Positions 9,336 through 21,100 of a DNA stretch of 64,000 nt are shown here, in pieces. Position numbers and translations under genes: made by a program. The DNA comes from a virus. The stretch lies in the IMG/VR virus record IMGVR_UViG_3300027387_000003, positions 1-64,000 of that record; one strand, given 5' to 3'. The notes under the pieces are model-generated. The model made no database searches and was not told where the DNA came from. It was given only the letters and a program-made list of their open reading frames with translations. Numbering within the stretch: the first letter of the stretch is position 1; each line of letters opens with the position of its first letter.

Positions 9336-9701
9336 ATGGCAAGTAAAGTAAAACCATCTGATGTCACAGGTCGCGCTCGTGAAGCGCAGATTTCTGATAA
9401 TGCAGAAGCATTGCAGTCTCGTTCATCAGAAATGTCAATGGCTACCGCCAACGCTCAGATTAAACTTGAGACCGAGGTCCTAGACGCTACTACCCCTAAT
9501 CGGGCAACAGTAATCGTTGATGAAGCTACAGTTGTAAGCAAGGGAGATGACACAGTTGTCATCCGTGTTGTCGAGGATATCGAAAACATGACCCTAGGTG
9601 CTGGCAACTTCTATAACTTCAAAGCAGGACAGAAGTACAAGGTTGACAAGCAAGTAGCCCAGCACCTTGAAGAAAAAGGTTATTTAGCTGGCGTTATCTA
9701 G
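9336..9701 (+). CDS. head-associated hypothetical protein
   Basis: Follows MCP; AGGAG RBS. Confidence 0.7.
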   Translation: MASKVKPSDVTGRAREAQISDNAEALQSRSSEMSMATANAQIKLETEVLDATTPNRATVIVDEATVVSKGDDTVVIRVVEDIENMTLGAGNFYNFKAGQKYKVDKQVAQHLEEKGYLAGVI

Positions 9702-9719
9702 CATTAATTTTGGCGGATT

Positions 9720-9745
9720 AGCGGGCACATTGATGCCCGCTTTTT
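9720..9745 (+). terminator. intrinsic terminator
   Basis: AGCGGGCA-CATTGA-TGCCCGCT-TTTT. Confidence 0.8.
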
Positions 9746-9782
9746 CGTTTGTACGGATTTTTTGTCCATTTACTGACACCAT
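9746..9782 (+). promoter_or_regulatory. putative late promoter (CGTTT-N3-CGGATT-N17-CACCAT)
   Basis: Directly after a terminator; shared geometry with 4643 and 7256. Confidence 0.4.
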
Positions 9783-9808
9783 GTATCAGTAGCGTTAGGA
9801 GTAAATGA

Positions 9809-10867
9809 GTGGCCCTCTTATCGGATTTGGTATCTCGCGTTCGCCTAGAACTTGGGGACCAAGGTAAAGAGTTTACTTTTACTGCACTTGGAGATGGTGT
9901 AACAAAAGAGTTTTATTTAAACAATAAGCCTATTGACGCATTTACCCTTACAGTCACGGTTACCGAAGAGTACATTCCAGCACCTACTGGCTACAAGCTA
10001 GAGGTAGACCAGGGAATCATTCGTTTTCAAAATCCAATCGCTGACGGGTCACTACTTACAGTCCACGGTACTGCTTACCGTTATTTTTCTGACTCTGACA
10101 TTGAGCGCTTTATTGATACAGCGGTGGGTCAGCACTTACATGAACGCACAGACGCTTACGGAAGCAGAATGTCAATCGGTGCTATCCCAGCAGTTGAAGA
10201 GTATCCAGTAGCTATCCTTTCAACTATTGAAGCTCTATGGGCCCTAGCTACTGACGCATCTTTTGATATTAACATCACTGCCCCAGATGGAGTGGTAATC
10301 CCACGTAGCCAGCGCTGGCAGCAATTGACTTCAATGATTCAACAGCGTCAAGAACAATATAAGCAGCTTTGCTCTGCTCTCAATATTGGCCTATGGCGTA
10401 TTCAAATGGGTACCCTACGTCGCGTTTCTCGTCACACCAATAAGCTTGTTCCTATCTATATGGCACAGGAGATTGACGACTCACGTAAACCAGAACGTGT
10501 GTATCTACCAAACGATTTAAATGGACGCCAAGTATTCCCAACTACAGTTCAGGCATACGATTTAGTTCTATATCAGGGTGACAGCTTTAGCCAAGACTTT
10601 GTTCTAGGAGCATCTGTTACTGGATTGGTATTTAAATCAGAGCTTAGAACCTACCCTAATTCACCCGCTAGATATGCGTCCTTTACTGTTACAATTATAG
10701 ACGCCGCAACTGGACGTATAAGAATTACGCTTACTCAGTCCGCTACTAAATATCTACCAGTGCGACTATTCTGGGATTTGCAGGCTACATCTACTACAGA
10801 TGCAACATTCCAAAAGACATTTTTGCGAGGTCAAGTGTTCGTAACCCAACAGGTATCGGTGGATTAA
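9809..10867 (+). CDS. head-tail adaptor / neck protein with C-terminal Ig-like domain
   Basis: '[10 protein letters not shown]' N-terminus and '[10 protein letters not shown]' typical of head completion proteins; GTG start with AGGAG. Confidence 0.65.
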   Translation: MALLSDLVSRVRLELGDQGKEFTFTALGDGVTKEFYLNNKPIDAFTLTVTVTEEYIPAPTGYKLEVDQGIIRFQNPIADGSLLTVHGTAYRYFSDSDIERFIDTAVGQHLHERTDAYGSRMSIGAIPAVEEYPVAILSTIEALWALATDASFDINITAPDGVVIPRSQRWQQLTSMIQQRQEQYKQLCSALNIGLWRIQMGTLRRVSRHTNKLVPIYMAQEIDDSRKPERVYLPNDLNGRQVFPTTVQAYDLVLYQGDSFSQDFVLGASVTGLVFKSELRTYPNSPARYASFTVTIIDAATGRIRITLTQSATKYLPVRLFWDLQATSTTDATFQKTFLRGQVFVTQQVSVD

Positions 10868-10868
10868 C

Positions 10869-13697
10869 GTGGCAGATATAATTATTGTTCCGCCAGATAA
10901 TGGCAACTGGTTCCCTACCCCAACGGGTCCTACAGGTATTTTAAACGGCCCTACTGGCCCTACTGGAGCAACAGGCCCTACAGGTCCACAAGGAGATTTT
11001 TCACAGTTCCTTGGTACCTTTGCAACTCTTACAGCTTTAACAACTGCGTACCCAACCCCAACACCTAATCAGTGGGCGTTTGTACGCATCACAGGTGATA
11101 CTGCAAATATTCGCGTCTATCGTCGCAGTAACAATGCTTGGGTATTTGACACACTTCCACTACCTGCTGGCGCAACAGGAGCAACTGGTCCTACTGGACT
11201 TACAGGTGCAACAGGCCCACAAGGTAATCAAGGTAACGCTGGTGTAACTGGTCCTACTGGTCCACAAGGTGTATCTGGTTTAGCTGGAACTACAGGCCCT
11301 ACTGGTGCCCCTGGTCAAGGTTTAAATCTTCTTGGAGAGTACGCAACACTTGCAGCATTGCAAGCTGCACGTCCAACAGGTACAGCTGGTGACGCTTGGT
11401 TACTTGCTAACGGTAATTTAGTTATTTGGGATACCGTTACTTCAGCATGGAAGAACGTTGGAAACTTAGAAGGCCCTACTGGTGCAACTGGTAGTACTGG
11501 TCCTACAGGTGCAACAGGACCTCAAGGAGCGCTTGGTCCTCTTGGACCACAAGGTGCACAAGGTGCTACGGGTGCTACTGGAGCACAAGGACCTACAGGT
11601 TTAGCTGGTCCTAAGGGTGACACTGGTGCTGCAGGTCCTCAAGGTATTTCAGGTTTACAAGGTCCTACTGGTCCTATTGGTCTTCTTGGACCTACAGGTG
11701 GTCAAGGACCTCGTGGTGTTGGTTATGGAAACGTAACTTCTGTAACCGCTCTTTCTTATACTCTTGGTAGTAAAGTTTTCACTTTATCTAGCGCTGACCA
11801 CGCTTTTATATCAGGCATGAGAGTACGTGCAGTTCTTCAATCTAACTCAGGTATATTTCTTGAAGGTCGTGCAACAGTAAGTAATGGTGGACTTACCCTC
11901 ACTATAATTGCTGACAACGGTCAAGGTGGAGACTTTAACGGGATTTACAGCGGTTGGGTTTTTGCAGCAACTGGTGAAGTTGGTGGTATCGGTGCTGTTG
12001 GTGACACTGGTCCAACAGGACCTACAGGCGCGGCTTCAACAGTCGTAGGACCCACAGGACCTGCTGGTACATCTGGCGGTATTGATTTAACAGTAACCGC
12101 AGACTCCACACCTAATTATGTAATCAACGGATTAACAAATCCAACTATCACTGTTATCCGTGGTCTTCGTTATCGTTTAACTATTAATACAGTTGGAAAT
12201 AGATTTAGAGTACAGACTACACAAGGTGCGTATAACGCTGGTACTCAATACACAACTGGCTTTACTAACCTAGGTATTGAATCTGGAACTATCTTCTGGG
12301 ATGTTCCATTTACAGGCCCAGCTACTTTATATGTTGTTTCTCAAGACAATTCTAATTTAAATGCAGTCTTTACTCTAACAGCTGCTGGTCCACAGGGTGC
12401 AACGGGTCCAACTGGTGCAACAGGTGCTGCTTCTACAGTAGCTGGCCCAACAGGTCCACAAGGAGCTGTTGGTCCTACAGGCGCAGTTGGTGCAACTGGT
12501 CCACAAGGAAATACTGGTTCCCAGGGTATTCCAGGTCTTCCTGGTGCTCAAGGAGCAACAGGTCCACAAGGTCCACAAGGTATTGCAGGTTCTACTGGTA
12601 CTCCAGGTGCTGTGGGTACTGCAGGTGCTACTGGTGCTGTTGGACCTACAGGTGCGACTGGTGCTGCTGGTGCATCTATTTATGTACTTGGAACTTACAA
12701 CAGTTTTGCAGAACTTACCTCAGCTCAACCATTTGGTGCTGTTGGAGATGGTTACCTTGTAAACGGAAACCTCTTTGTATGGGGCGGTTCTTCATGGATT
12801 AACGCTGGGTTTATTCAAGGACCTACAGGTGCTACAGGTGCTCAAGGAGCACAAGGTTTACTTGGTCCAACAGGTGCTCAGGGTAATCAAGGTACACAAG
12901 GTGTTCAAGGTGTCCAAGGTCCAGTCGGCCCTACAGGTGCGGTTGGTCCTACAGGAGCAACTGGCGCACAAGGTATTCAAGGTGTTGTAGGTCCTACAGG
13001 TGCTACTGGAGCTGCATCAACAGTTCCTGGACCTACAGGACCTCAAGGTGTTGGTCTTCAAATCAAGGGAACATTCAATACTTTTGCTGAACTTCTATCA
13101 GCGGTTCCAACAGGTGTTACTGGTGATGGCTATCTTATTGCTGGACAGCTTTATGTTTGGCAGGGTGTTCAGTGGGTCAATGCTGGAACTGTTCAAGGAC
13201 CTACTGGTGTAATTGGTCCACAAGGACCAACAGGTGCACAAGGTGTTATTGGTTTAACTGGTGCCACAGGTGCAACTGGTGCCACAGGTTCTACAGGTGC
13301 GGCTCCATTTACAATTATTGGAACTTGGCAGCAAGGTATTACTTATTCTCCAGGTCAAGCAGTCTTCTACGACACCCCTACATTAAAGGGAACTTATGTT
13401 CGTAGAAACAACGCTTCAACTCCTGGAATCACACCTTTAGAAGACCCAGCAAACTGGTTAGCTCTTGTTGCTGCAACTATTGGTAATACAGGTCCTACAG
13501 GACCGCAAGGTTTAACTGGTTTACAAGGCCCATTAGGACCTACAGGTATTCAAGGACCAACTGGTCCTACAGGAAATCAAGGTTTACTGGGTCCAACAGG
13601 CCCTACAGGCACTACACTACTTAACGTAGATGCTGGGACTCCAACTACTAACTATGGTGGAGTTGATGTTATCGACAGCGGAGGAGTCATTCAGTAA
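10869..13697 (+). CDS. collagen-like (Gly-X-Y) fibre protein
   Basis: Extensive GPT/GAT/GPQ triplets interspersed with repeated ~50 aa globular modules. Confidence 0.9.
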   Translation: MADIIIVPPDNGNWFPTPTGPTGILNGPTGPTGATGPTGPQGDFSQFLGTFATLTALTTAYPTPTPNQWAFVRITGDTANIRVYRRSNNAWVFDTLPLPAGATGATGPTGLTGATGPQGNQGNAGVTGPTGPQGVSGLAGTTGPTGAPGQGLNLLGEYATLAALQAARPTGTAGDAWLLANGNLVIWDTVTSAWKNVGNLEGPTGATGSTGPTGATGPQGALGPLGPQGAQGATGATGAQGPTGLAGPKGDTGAAGPQGISGLQGPTGPIGLLGPTGGQGPRGVGYGNVTSVTALSYTLGSKVFTLSSADHAFISGMRVRAVLQSNSGIFLEGRATVSNGGLTLTIIADNGQGGDFNGIYSGWVFAATGEVGGIGAVGDTGPTGPTGAASTVVGPTGPAGTSGGIDLTVTADSTPNYVINGLTNPTITVIRGLRYRLTINTVGNRFRVQTTQGAYNAGTQYTTGFTNLGIESGTIFWDVPFTGPATLYVVSQDNSNLNAVFTLTAAGPQGATGPTGATGAASTVAGPTGPQGAVGPTGAVGATGPQGNTGSQGIPGLPGAQGATGPQGPQGIAGSTGTPGAVGTAGATGAVGPTGATGAAGASIYVLGTYNSFAELTSAQPFGAVGDGYLVNGNLFVWGGSSWINAGFIQGPTGATGAQGAQGLLGPTGAQGNQGTQGVQGVQGPVGPTGAVGPTGATGAQGIQGVVGPTGATGAASTVPGPTGPQGVGLQIKGTFNTFAELLSAVPTGVTGDGYLIAGQLYVWQGVQWVNAGTVQGPTGVIGPQGPTGAQGVIGLTGATGATGATGSTGAAPFTIIGTWQQGITYSPGQAVFYDTPTLKGTYVRRNNASTPGITPLEDPANWLALVAATIGNTGPTGPQGLTGLQGPLGPTGIQGPTGPTGNQGLLGPTGPTGTTLLNVDAGTPTTNYGGVDVIDSGGVIQ

Positions 13698-14110
13698 TGG
13701 CAATTAAAGTACAGTTACGTCGCGGAACAGCGTCGCAATGGTCAACAACAAACCCTCTGCTTGCAGAAGGTGAGCTTGGTCTTGAACTAGACACTGGAAA
13801 ATTTAAAATTGGCAACGGTACACAGCTTTGGAATGCGTTAGTATATGCCAGTGGTATTCAAGGTCCAACTGGACCTGCAGGTGTTGCTGGTGCAAACGGC
13901 GCTACTGGACCCGCTGGTGTAGATGGCGTTGCGGGACCAACAGGACTTCGTGGACCTACAGGTGTTGCAGGACCAGCTGGTGATGGTGGACGTGGTGAAG
14001 AATTAGTTATGGATGCTCAATTAGAGCTAGGACTATTTTTTCCTCGTTACTCTCAGACCAGAACAACAACAGTTACATCAACCGTTATTCCACCGATAGC
14101 GTTAATTTAG
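13697..14110 (+). CDS. short collagen fibre protein with Mtd/hyaluronidase-type N-terminal domain
   Basis: 'IKVQLRRGTASQW...NPLLAEGELGLELDTGKFKIGNG' followed by G-X-Y repeats. Confidence 0.8.
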   Translation: MAIKVQLRRGTASQWSTTNPLLAEGELGLELDTGKFKIGNGTQLWNALVYASGIQGPTGPAGVAGANGATGPAGVDGVAGPTGLRGPTGVAGPAGDGGRGEELVMDAQLELGLFFPRYSQTRTTTVTSTVIPPIALI

Positions 14111-14122
14111 GAAGGTAAGTGA

Positions 14123-17100
14123 ATGGCACGTAATATTGCTCCAGAGGCGTATGTATTTAATCCGACTCTTAAAACAATCACTATTAATCGTTATATCCAA
14201 GAGAAGCACATCTTCCTTATTGTTAACTCAATCTTTAACAAAGTACTATTTAACTTCTCTGACCCAACATTAACAGCAACAGTCTCTTACATTTACCCAA
14301 CTTACAGTATTTCAAACACTACTGCTGAAACCGTTTATAAGACGGTCATCACTTTGACAGGCTCTGGCTGTGACACCACAGGCATGACATCTGGTGACGT
14401 TCTACAGATTATTCTTGATGACGAAGAGCAAAAAGTAACTTTTGAAGATACATTTATTGACGGAGCACAAAAGCTTCGTACCTCAACTCCACAGTCTCTT
14501 ATGGATACTGACTTTGAATACTCAGTACAGCCATCTAAGTGGGAGTCTTTATTCTTAGCTAATGGCTACCCTTCATTCTTTGCAAAGGGTACTGGTGGTA
14601 ACTCATTTGATGTTCTTACAGTAACTGGTGATGGTATTCGCCCTCGTTCAACTATTACAGTAACAACAGCTCTTCCTCACGGTCTATCTGCAGGTCAGAT
14701 TGTTTCTGTTCAGGAAACACTTAACTATCTTGCAGAAGGTACCTCTCTTGTAACAGCTGTTCCTTCAACAACCACTTTCCAGTACACAGCTCGTGGAGCT
14801 GTATCTGGTGATATTCAATCTGGAAGTCTTACATCTATCTACGGTGGAGATATCTTTGATGGAGCTCACATCCCTGGCGGTAACTTCCCAATTGGCGGTG
14901 TTAACACGCTTAATCGTTGGAGAGCAACTACAGATGGTGCTGCACCAGTATCAACAGTAACAGTTATCTTTGACCAGCCACACGGAGTATTTCCAGGAAA
15001 CCTTATCGTTGTTTCTGGTACTAACAGTATTGATGGTAACTGGCAGGTAACTAAAGTTGCTACACAGACAAGCTTGGAATTCCAATTGTCTCGTCAGCAG
15101 TCCGCTGTATCAGTCCCTACTACAGCTCTTATCTTTACTAAGGGCGACTCATACGTTGTACACCGTCCATATGACGGCGGTGTTTCTATTTCTACTGCAA
15201 CTAACTCAATGGGTTCTCAAGTTATTCGTCAAACCCGCCGTTACTTCCGTTACCAGTCAGGTAAGGGAATGCAGTTTTCAACAGGTGCACAGCTAACTCC
15301 TGTATACGATGTAGAGCAGCTATTTATCAATGGTGGTTCTGTTGGTCCAGCAATTGTTACAGTTAAAACTGTACAAGACCACGGTATGCAGGCAGGCGTG
15401 AAAATTGATATTGAAGGCGTTAAAACACGCTTTGCTTACAACCCATTTAATGGCGATGATATTACTGTTACTCGCATTATTGACGTTAATACATTTGAGT
15501 ACGCAGTAACTCTTACACAGGCACTACCTGCAGTAGACTGGAACCCAGCAGGAACTAACGTCTACATCCATGCTCGTAAGTGGTATGGCGCTGTTACACG
15601 TGCTGGTATGTATGATGACCAGAACGGTTTCTACTTTGAGTACGATGGTCAGAAAATTTATGCTTGCCGTCGACATTCAGAAAAAGAGGGTATTGGTCGC
15701 GTAAACGTAACTAAGAATTCAAGCTTTGTTACTGGATTAAATACTCAGTTCCGTAAGCAGTTAACAGTGGGTCAGTCTATTGTTATCAAGGGTGCTTCTT
15801 ACAAGATTGTTTCAATCAACAGCGCAACCTCTATGAATATCTCCCCTGCTTATCGCGGAGCTACTGGTACTCGTACTCGTTACCTACTTACACAGTCTGA
15901 CCGATTCCCTCAAGAACTTTGGAACGAAGATAAGTTTGATGGTACAGGCGCTTCAGGTTACAAGCTTGACATGGGTCGTATGCAGATGATTTACATCGAC
16001 TACACATGGTACGGTGCTGGAACTATCCGCTTCGGTATGCGTGGTCCTAATGGAAAAATTTACTGGTGCCACCGTATGCCACAGAACAACGTTAACAACA
16101 GCGCATACCAGCGCTCTGGTAACTTGCCTGCTCGCTACGAGGTTTCTAATGACCCATCAATCTTTACTAAGATGATTGCTGGTGCTGCTGGAACTCTTGG
16201 CGCTCAGCTTGCTCCTAACGACCTAAGCTTATGGGTAGAAGACGCTAGCGCGTTCCCACCTGCTGGCTTCATTTATGTTCGTGATGCAGTGAACTGTGAA
16301 ATTATGCGATATACATCTATCGATGCATTCAATGCAGCACCTGGCGGATACAGGATTAATCTTGCGCAACGTCGTGCGTCTATTACACAGGTTTACCCAG
16401 ACCTACCGTTCACTTACTCTGGAACTACAACTCCAGTAACATTTACTCCAGACTCATCTATTACAGGTGTTGGTGGAGATGCTCAGGTTGCAGTTCAGTC
16501 TATTACTCAAAACTGCGCACCTATCATCAGCCACTGGGGTTCTTCAGTAATCATGGATGGTCGTTTTGATAACGATGCTAACTTCATCTTTACTGGTGGT
16601 ATGACAAAGCTTCTTAATGTGGCACCTGGTGTTACTCGCCCACTGATTGCTATTCGTTTGGCACCATCGGTAGACAACGCTATTGCTCGTAACTTTGGTA
16701 TTCGAGAGCTTGCTAACCGCATGCAGCTTCAGCTTAACTCTATCGGTGTTTCTACAAACGGACAGTTCCGTATTGATGGAGTTCTTAACCCTGCACAGAT
16801 TCTTTACAACTCCTACACACCAGCTAACCTTACAACTACCCGTTCATCCGTAACTGGTACTTCTGGTCAGATTACTATCACTATTGCTGATACAACTGGT
16901 ACTACAGGTATCATCCCAGGTATGTTGGTATCAGGAACTGGTATTGGCGCTGGAGCTCAGATTTCCTCTGTAACAGCTAACATCATCAGCCTATCTGTTC
17001 CTAACAGTGGAACAGTATCTGGAACCATTACCTTCACCCCACGTTCGGGCTTTATCGGACTTCCTGATGACTGGAGCCGTGACCTTGTTGGTTCTGGTTC

Positions 17101-17419
17101 TTTGGCTCAGGTTATCTACTTTGATAACTCAGGTCCTGGAGCGGGTAACGTTCAGGCAGCCTCTGGACGTGTCCTTGGTGGAGACTCTGTAGCCTCATTC
17201 TTTACTGAAAACGGCGGTGGTGGTACTAACTACAACGTCTCTAACTACGACCTTCGTACCGTCCGCGACCTTGGTAACTCAATTATCTCTGGCGATGGAA
17301 ACGTCTCAAGCCCTTCATACCCTAACGGCCCAGACGTTTTGGTCCTAACAGCGACCAATATCGGAGCTGCAACCGCCAACATTTCAGCTCGTATCTCATG
17401 GATTGAGGCACAGGCATAA
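14123..17419 (+). CDS. large virion structural / fibre protein
   Basis: 1098 aa beta-rich; repeated 'TVTT..PHGL..GQ.V' modules; 'RQTRRYFRYQSGKG' motif seen in aquatic phage structural proteins. Confidence 0.7.
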   Translation: MARNIAPEAYVFNPTLKTITINRYIQEKHIFLIVNSIFNKVLFNFSDPTLTATVSYIYPTYSISNTTAETVYKTVITLTGSGCDTTGMTSGDVLQIILDDEEQKVTFEDTFIDGAQKLRTSTPQSLMDTDFEYSVQPSKWESLFLANGYPSFFAKGTGGNSFDVLTVTGDGIRPRSTITVTTALPHGLSAGQIVSVQETLNYLAEGTSLVTAVPSTTTFQYTARGAVSGDIQSGSLTSIYGGDIFDGAHIPGGNFPIGGVNTLNRWRATTDGAAPVSTVTVIFDQPHGVFPGNLIVVSGTNSIDGNWQVTKVATQTSLEFQLSRQQSAVSVPTTALIFTKGDSYVVHRPYDGGVSISTATNSMGSQVIRQTRRYFRYQSGKGMQFSTGAQLTPVYDVEQLFINGGSVGPAIVTVKTVQDHGMQAGVKIDIEGVKTRFAYNPFNGDDITVTRIIDVNTFEYAVTLTQALPAVDWNPAGTNVYIHARKWYGAVTRAGMYDDQNGFYFEYDGQKIYACRRHSEKEGIGRVNVTKNSSFVTGLNTQFRKQLTVGQSIVIKGASYKIVSINSATSMNISPAYRGATGTRTRYLLTQSDRFPQELWNEDKFDGTGASGYKLDMGRMQMIYIDYTWYGAGTIRFGMRGPNGKIYWCHRMPQNNVNNSAYQRSGNLPARYEVSNDPSIFTKMIAGAAGTLGAQLAPNDLSLWVEDASAFPPAGFIYVRDAVNCEIMRYTSIDAFNAAPGGYRINLAQRRASITQVYPDLPFTYSGTTTPVTFTPDSSITGVGGDAQVAVQSITQNCAPIISHWGSSVIMDGRFDNDANFIFTGGMTKLLNVAPGVTRPLIAIRLAPSVDNAIARNFGIRELANRMQLQLNSIGVSTNGQFRIDGVLNPAQILYNSYTPANLTTTRSSVTGTSGQITITIADTTGTTGIIPGMLVSGTGIGAGAQISSVTANIISLSVPNSGTVSGTITFTPRSGFIGLPDDWSRDLVGSGSLAQVIYFDNSGPGAGNVQAASGRVLGGDSVASFFTENGGGGTNYNVSNYDLRTVRDLGNSIISGDGNVSSPSYPNGPDVLVLTATNIGAATANISARISWIEAQA

Positions 17420-17494
17420 TGTTAAAGGTTTACAGTGCCCCTTTTTTAAAAAACGCTATACTTTTAATAACCTCGGAAGGTAGGTAAATATAGA

Positions 17495-17833
17495 ATGCCT
17501 GATTATACATCCTTAGCTACGCAGATTGATTCCGTTAAATCGGAAATCACAACCAGCCTTGCAGCTAGTACCTATACAGCACAAGAGCTAATCTACGTCG
17601 CAAAGACACTTGAAACTTTAGGCACCCTTCTGGGCGTCAATGACATTGTTGCTGCAACCGCTGACCGCGTAACAGCAATCACTACTGCTGGTACAACACA
17701 GGTTACTGCTGTTAATACCGCAGGCACAACACAGGTTTCTGCAGTCAACACTGCGGGAAATAACAAGGTAGCGGCTATTCAAGCAGAAGCAGCTAATCTA
17801 ACCAATCTAGCGTATATAGGAGTACTAGCGTAA
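17495..17833 (+). CDS. virion structural protein with 11-aa repeats
   Basis: Tandem 'TAGTTQV.AV.' repeats. Confidence 0.65.
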   Translation: MPDYTSLATQIDSVKSEITTSLAASTYTAQELIYVAKTLETLGTLLGVNDIVAATADRVTAITTAGTTQVTAVNTAGTTQVSAVNTAGNNKVAAIQAEAANLTNLAYIGVLA

Positions 17834-18138
17834 TGCCAACAACAGTAACACGATTTAGAGCGGGTACAGCTGGTACTTCAGATGCAAGTGCCTATACAAT
17901 CCCAGCTTCTAACACAGCAATCATCACTAACATCATTCTTTCAAACAAGACCGCTGCTACCCGTACGGTAACAGTCCTTACTGGAGGAGTTTCATTTTGC
18001 ACAGGTCTACAGGTTCCAGCAAACGGTACTGTAAACTTTGATGCTCGCACCGTATTAAACGCAGCGGAGACGATTACAGTAACAGCAGACCAGGCGTCAG
18101 CTGTTGACTTCTTAATCTCTGGCGTATTGATTTCTTAA
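17833..18138 (+). CDS. small virion structural protein
   Basis: 'YTIPASNTAIITNIILSN' beta-sandwich pattern common in fibre modules; TAATG coupling. Confidence 0.65.
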   Translation: MPTTVTRFRAGTAGTSDASAYTIPASNTAIITNIILSNKTAATRTVTVLTGGVSFCTGLQVPANGTVNFDARTVLNAAETITVTADQASAVDFLISGVLIS

Positions 18139-18163
18139 TTAAGAAAAGGACAGGTAACTATCA

Positions 18164-21100
18164 ATGGCAATTTCCTCAAGTAAAGACTTTATCGTCTTCC
18201 CGAATGACAATTCGGGTCGCTTGTTCATCAATGAGGCCACTTTTACAGCCAGTGGTACCTGGACTGCGCCTGCGGGCGTAACAAGCGCACAAATTATTCT
18301 CGTAGGAGCAGGCGGCGGAGGCGGCGGCGGTTCACAAGATATCGCTGGTGGCGGTGGCGCTGGTGGACAGGTAATCGTAAAGAACCTTTCTGTCACACCT
18401 CTTACAACTTACAACGTAACAATCGGTGCAGGTGGACAGGGTGGTCAGGGTGCTATTAACGGCGCTGCTGATACAACTAACACACTTCCTGGTGGTAACG
18501 GTTCTGCTACCGTATTCGGTAACATTACAATCGCTAACCTCTTAGTTAACTCTGATTTTGATTACAACATTAACTCATGGGATGCAGCAACCTACTACCG
18601 TTCAGCAACAGGTATCTCAGGTCAGTCTGCTATTACTGTATATCCAAACGCATCTGGTCTAGCGACTGGTCAGTTTGTGACAGGTACTAACCTTGGTACT
18701 AACGCTCAGATTGTTTCTATCTCAGGAAACACCGTTACTCTTTCTGTAGCTAACACAGGTACTGTGGCAACAGTTGTAGGTATTGGACAGGGCTCAACAG
18801 TAGTTCGTCCATCTAACGTATACTTCTACAACATATCTTCTGCGGGTTCAGACATTACAACTAACCCACAGACAGGTAACACTGCTGGTAGCCCATACTT
18901 TACAAATCTTTCTAACAACATCATGCAGCCAGAAGTAGCGCAGCTTGAAGAAGCAGCTATCCTTACTAACAACTATATTCGTCAGTATGGTACTGCGTTG
19001 TCTTCATTCTCAATCACAAACGCTGGTGTTCCTACAAAGCTTCCAGAAATGGTTGGTGGATACAGCAAGGTAATTAGCACTGTACTTAACTCAACAACAG
19101 TTACAGTAGACTCTACTCTTAATATTTATCCAAACATGTACATTGTTGGTAACATGTTTGCTTCAGGTACAGTTGTTCTTAGCGTTGATAGCTTAACGTC
19201 AATTACAGTATCTGCTGCAGCAACTTCAAACCAGACTAATCAGACAGTAACAATTTCTTACTCTGGTGCGTTTGGTATCAACGGCCTTATCGCTGGTACA
19301 AGCTCATCAACATCTGCTGGTGCACCTACATGGATTCAGTTCTCAACAATGAACTCAACCACAACATCTAACGGTACCCAGACATCTACAAGCTTCCAGG
19401 GTGTTCCTTACATCCCAGGTCAGACATATACAATGACTGCTTATATTTCAACTAACGTAAATATCAGCACATCAACCCCAATCCTCTTCCAGATTCGTTC
19501 TGCAGGAGCTTCATGGAATGCTATCTCAAGCACTTCATACCTTGGCGGTTCTAACTCTGGTACAACTAACTCAATCGATGCTGGTCAGGCTAACGGATTC
19601 TTCGTACGCCAGACAATCCCTGCTACATTGACTAACTACGGTGGAGCTTTCACAGCTAGCGGTACAGGTTCAAACGGCGCAACAGTAATTACTGTTGATA
19701 ACGCTACAGGTATCTTGATTGGTATGGCTGTAACAGGCTCTGGTATTCAGTCAAACACTGTTGTATCTAACCTTGTTGGAACAAGCGTAACCTTGTCTCT
19801 AGCTACTAACGCACCTCTATCAGGTACAAGCCTTACATTCGGTAACCCATCTGGTGTTCAGATGCTTGGTTCTAACGTAACTGTTGGTCAGAACGGATGG
19901 CGCCGTCTTTCAGCAACATTCTCAACACCAGCTATTGCTTCAGCTCTTGCTAACGGTACATACCAGTGGGGTTCAACACCACAGTTTATTCACCCTGTAA
20001 TCGTCTTCCAGCAGCCATCAGTTAACTTCTGGATTGACAACCTACAGCTTGAAGCTGGTAACACAGCTACTACATGGCGTATGCCAGTCTACCGTGAGGC
20101 TCAGTCAATGCTCATGCAGACTAACTCAACAAACGGTGCAAACCTTGAAACTTCACACCGCTTTGTTCGCGTTACTCCTGGAGTACAGTACTCAGGTTCT
20201 GCGTTCGTAGTTGCTACAGGTACAGCTAACCAGTACCGCCCAACTCGTGCGTACATTGAGTACTTCGATGCTGATTACAACTCAATCCTTCGTACAGAAG
20301 GTAACAACGTCTTTATTCCAATCTCTGGTGTAGCAACAGCTACACAGCAGATGCCATCAGTTACTTACCCAGTACGTGTAGCAGTTAACGGCGTTGCCGC
20401 ACCTACAGCAGCACGTTTTGCTAAGTTTGGTATCTTGAACTTCCAGGGTGCACAATCTGCAACTGGTACTGTTTCTGAATACCACATCCTTGCTCCACAG
20501 CTAGAGCCAGCAGCGGTTGCAACTACATACAAGAAGGTTGATAACGTCAACTTCTTCTACGCAGGACAGGCTGGTCTAACCCCAATTGTTAACTCACTTG
20601 GAACTCTATCTGCAGAAGGCGGTGGAGGTGGTGGTACTTGGAACACTAACTCTCGTCACTGGCAGTATGGTCTTCAGGGCGGTAACAACGGTGGACACGC
20701 AGCTCAGGGTTCTTCAACATTCACAACACTTGCAGGTGGCGGTGCGGGCGCAGGCTCAGTGGGTCAACCAGCAATTATGTACGGAACACCTGTATCAAGC
20801 TCTAACTCAGTTGACCAGTACCGTACAACAGCTGGTTCTTCACAGCAGATTTGGCCTATGCGTGGTCACCAAGGTGGCTTTGCTGTATGGCACACAACTA
20901 CAACTGGTACAGGACACGTTATGGGTCGCGCAGGCGATGGTGGTACTGGTGTTCTACTTAATGGTCTTAACTCAGGCTCACCTCTAGGTCTACCACTTGG
21001 TGGTGGCGGTGGTGGTGCGGGATGGAACGCGTCTAACTCTCAGACACAGGCAACACCTGGTATGGGACAGAACGGTGGCGGTAAGGGTGCTCCAACATGG

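Noticed and set aside
13697-14110. Diversity-generating retroelement suggested by the Mtd-like N-terminus
   Set aside because: Only the N-terminal anchoring domain is present; no reverse transcriptase or TR/VR pair seen in the window.
17427-17466. Fourth copy of the CGTTT late-promoter motif
   Set aside because: GGTTT rather than CGTTT and spacing off by one; may be an ordinary TATACT promoter.
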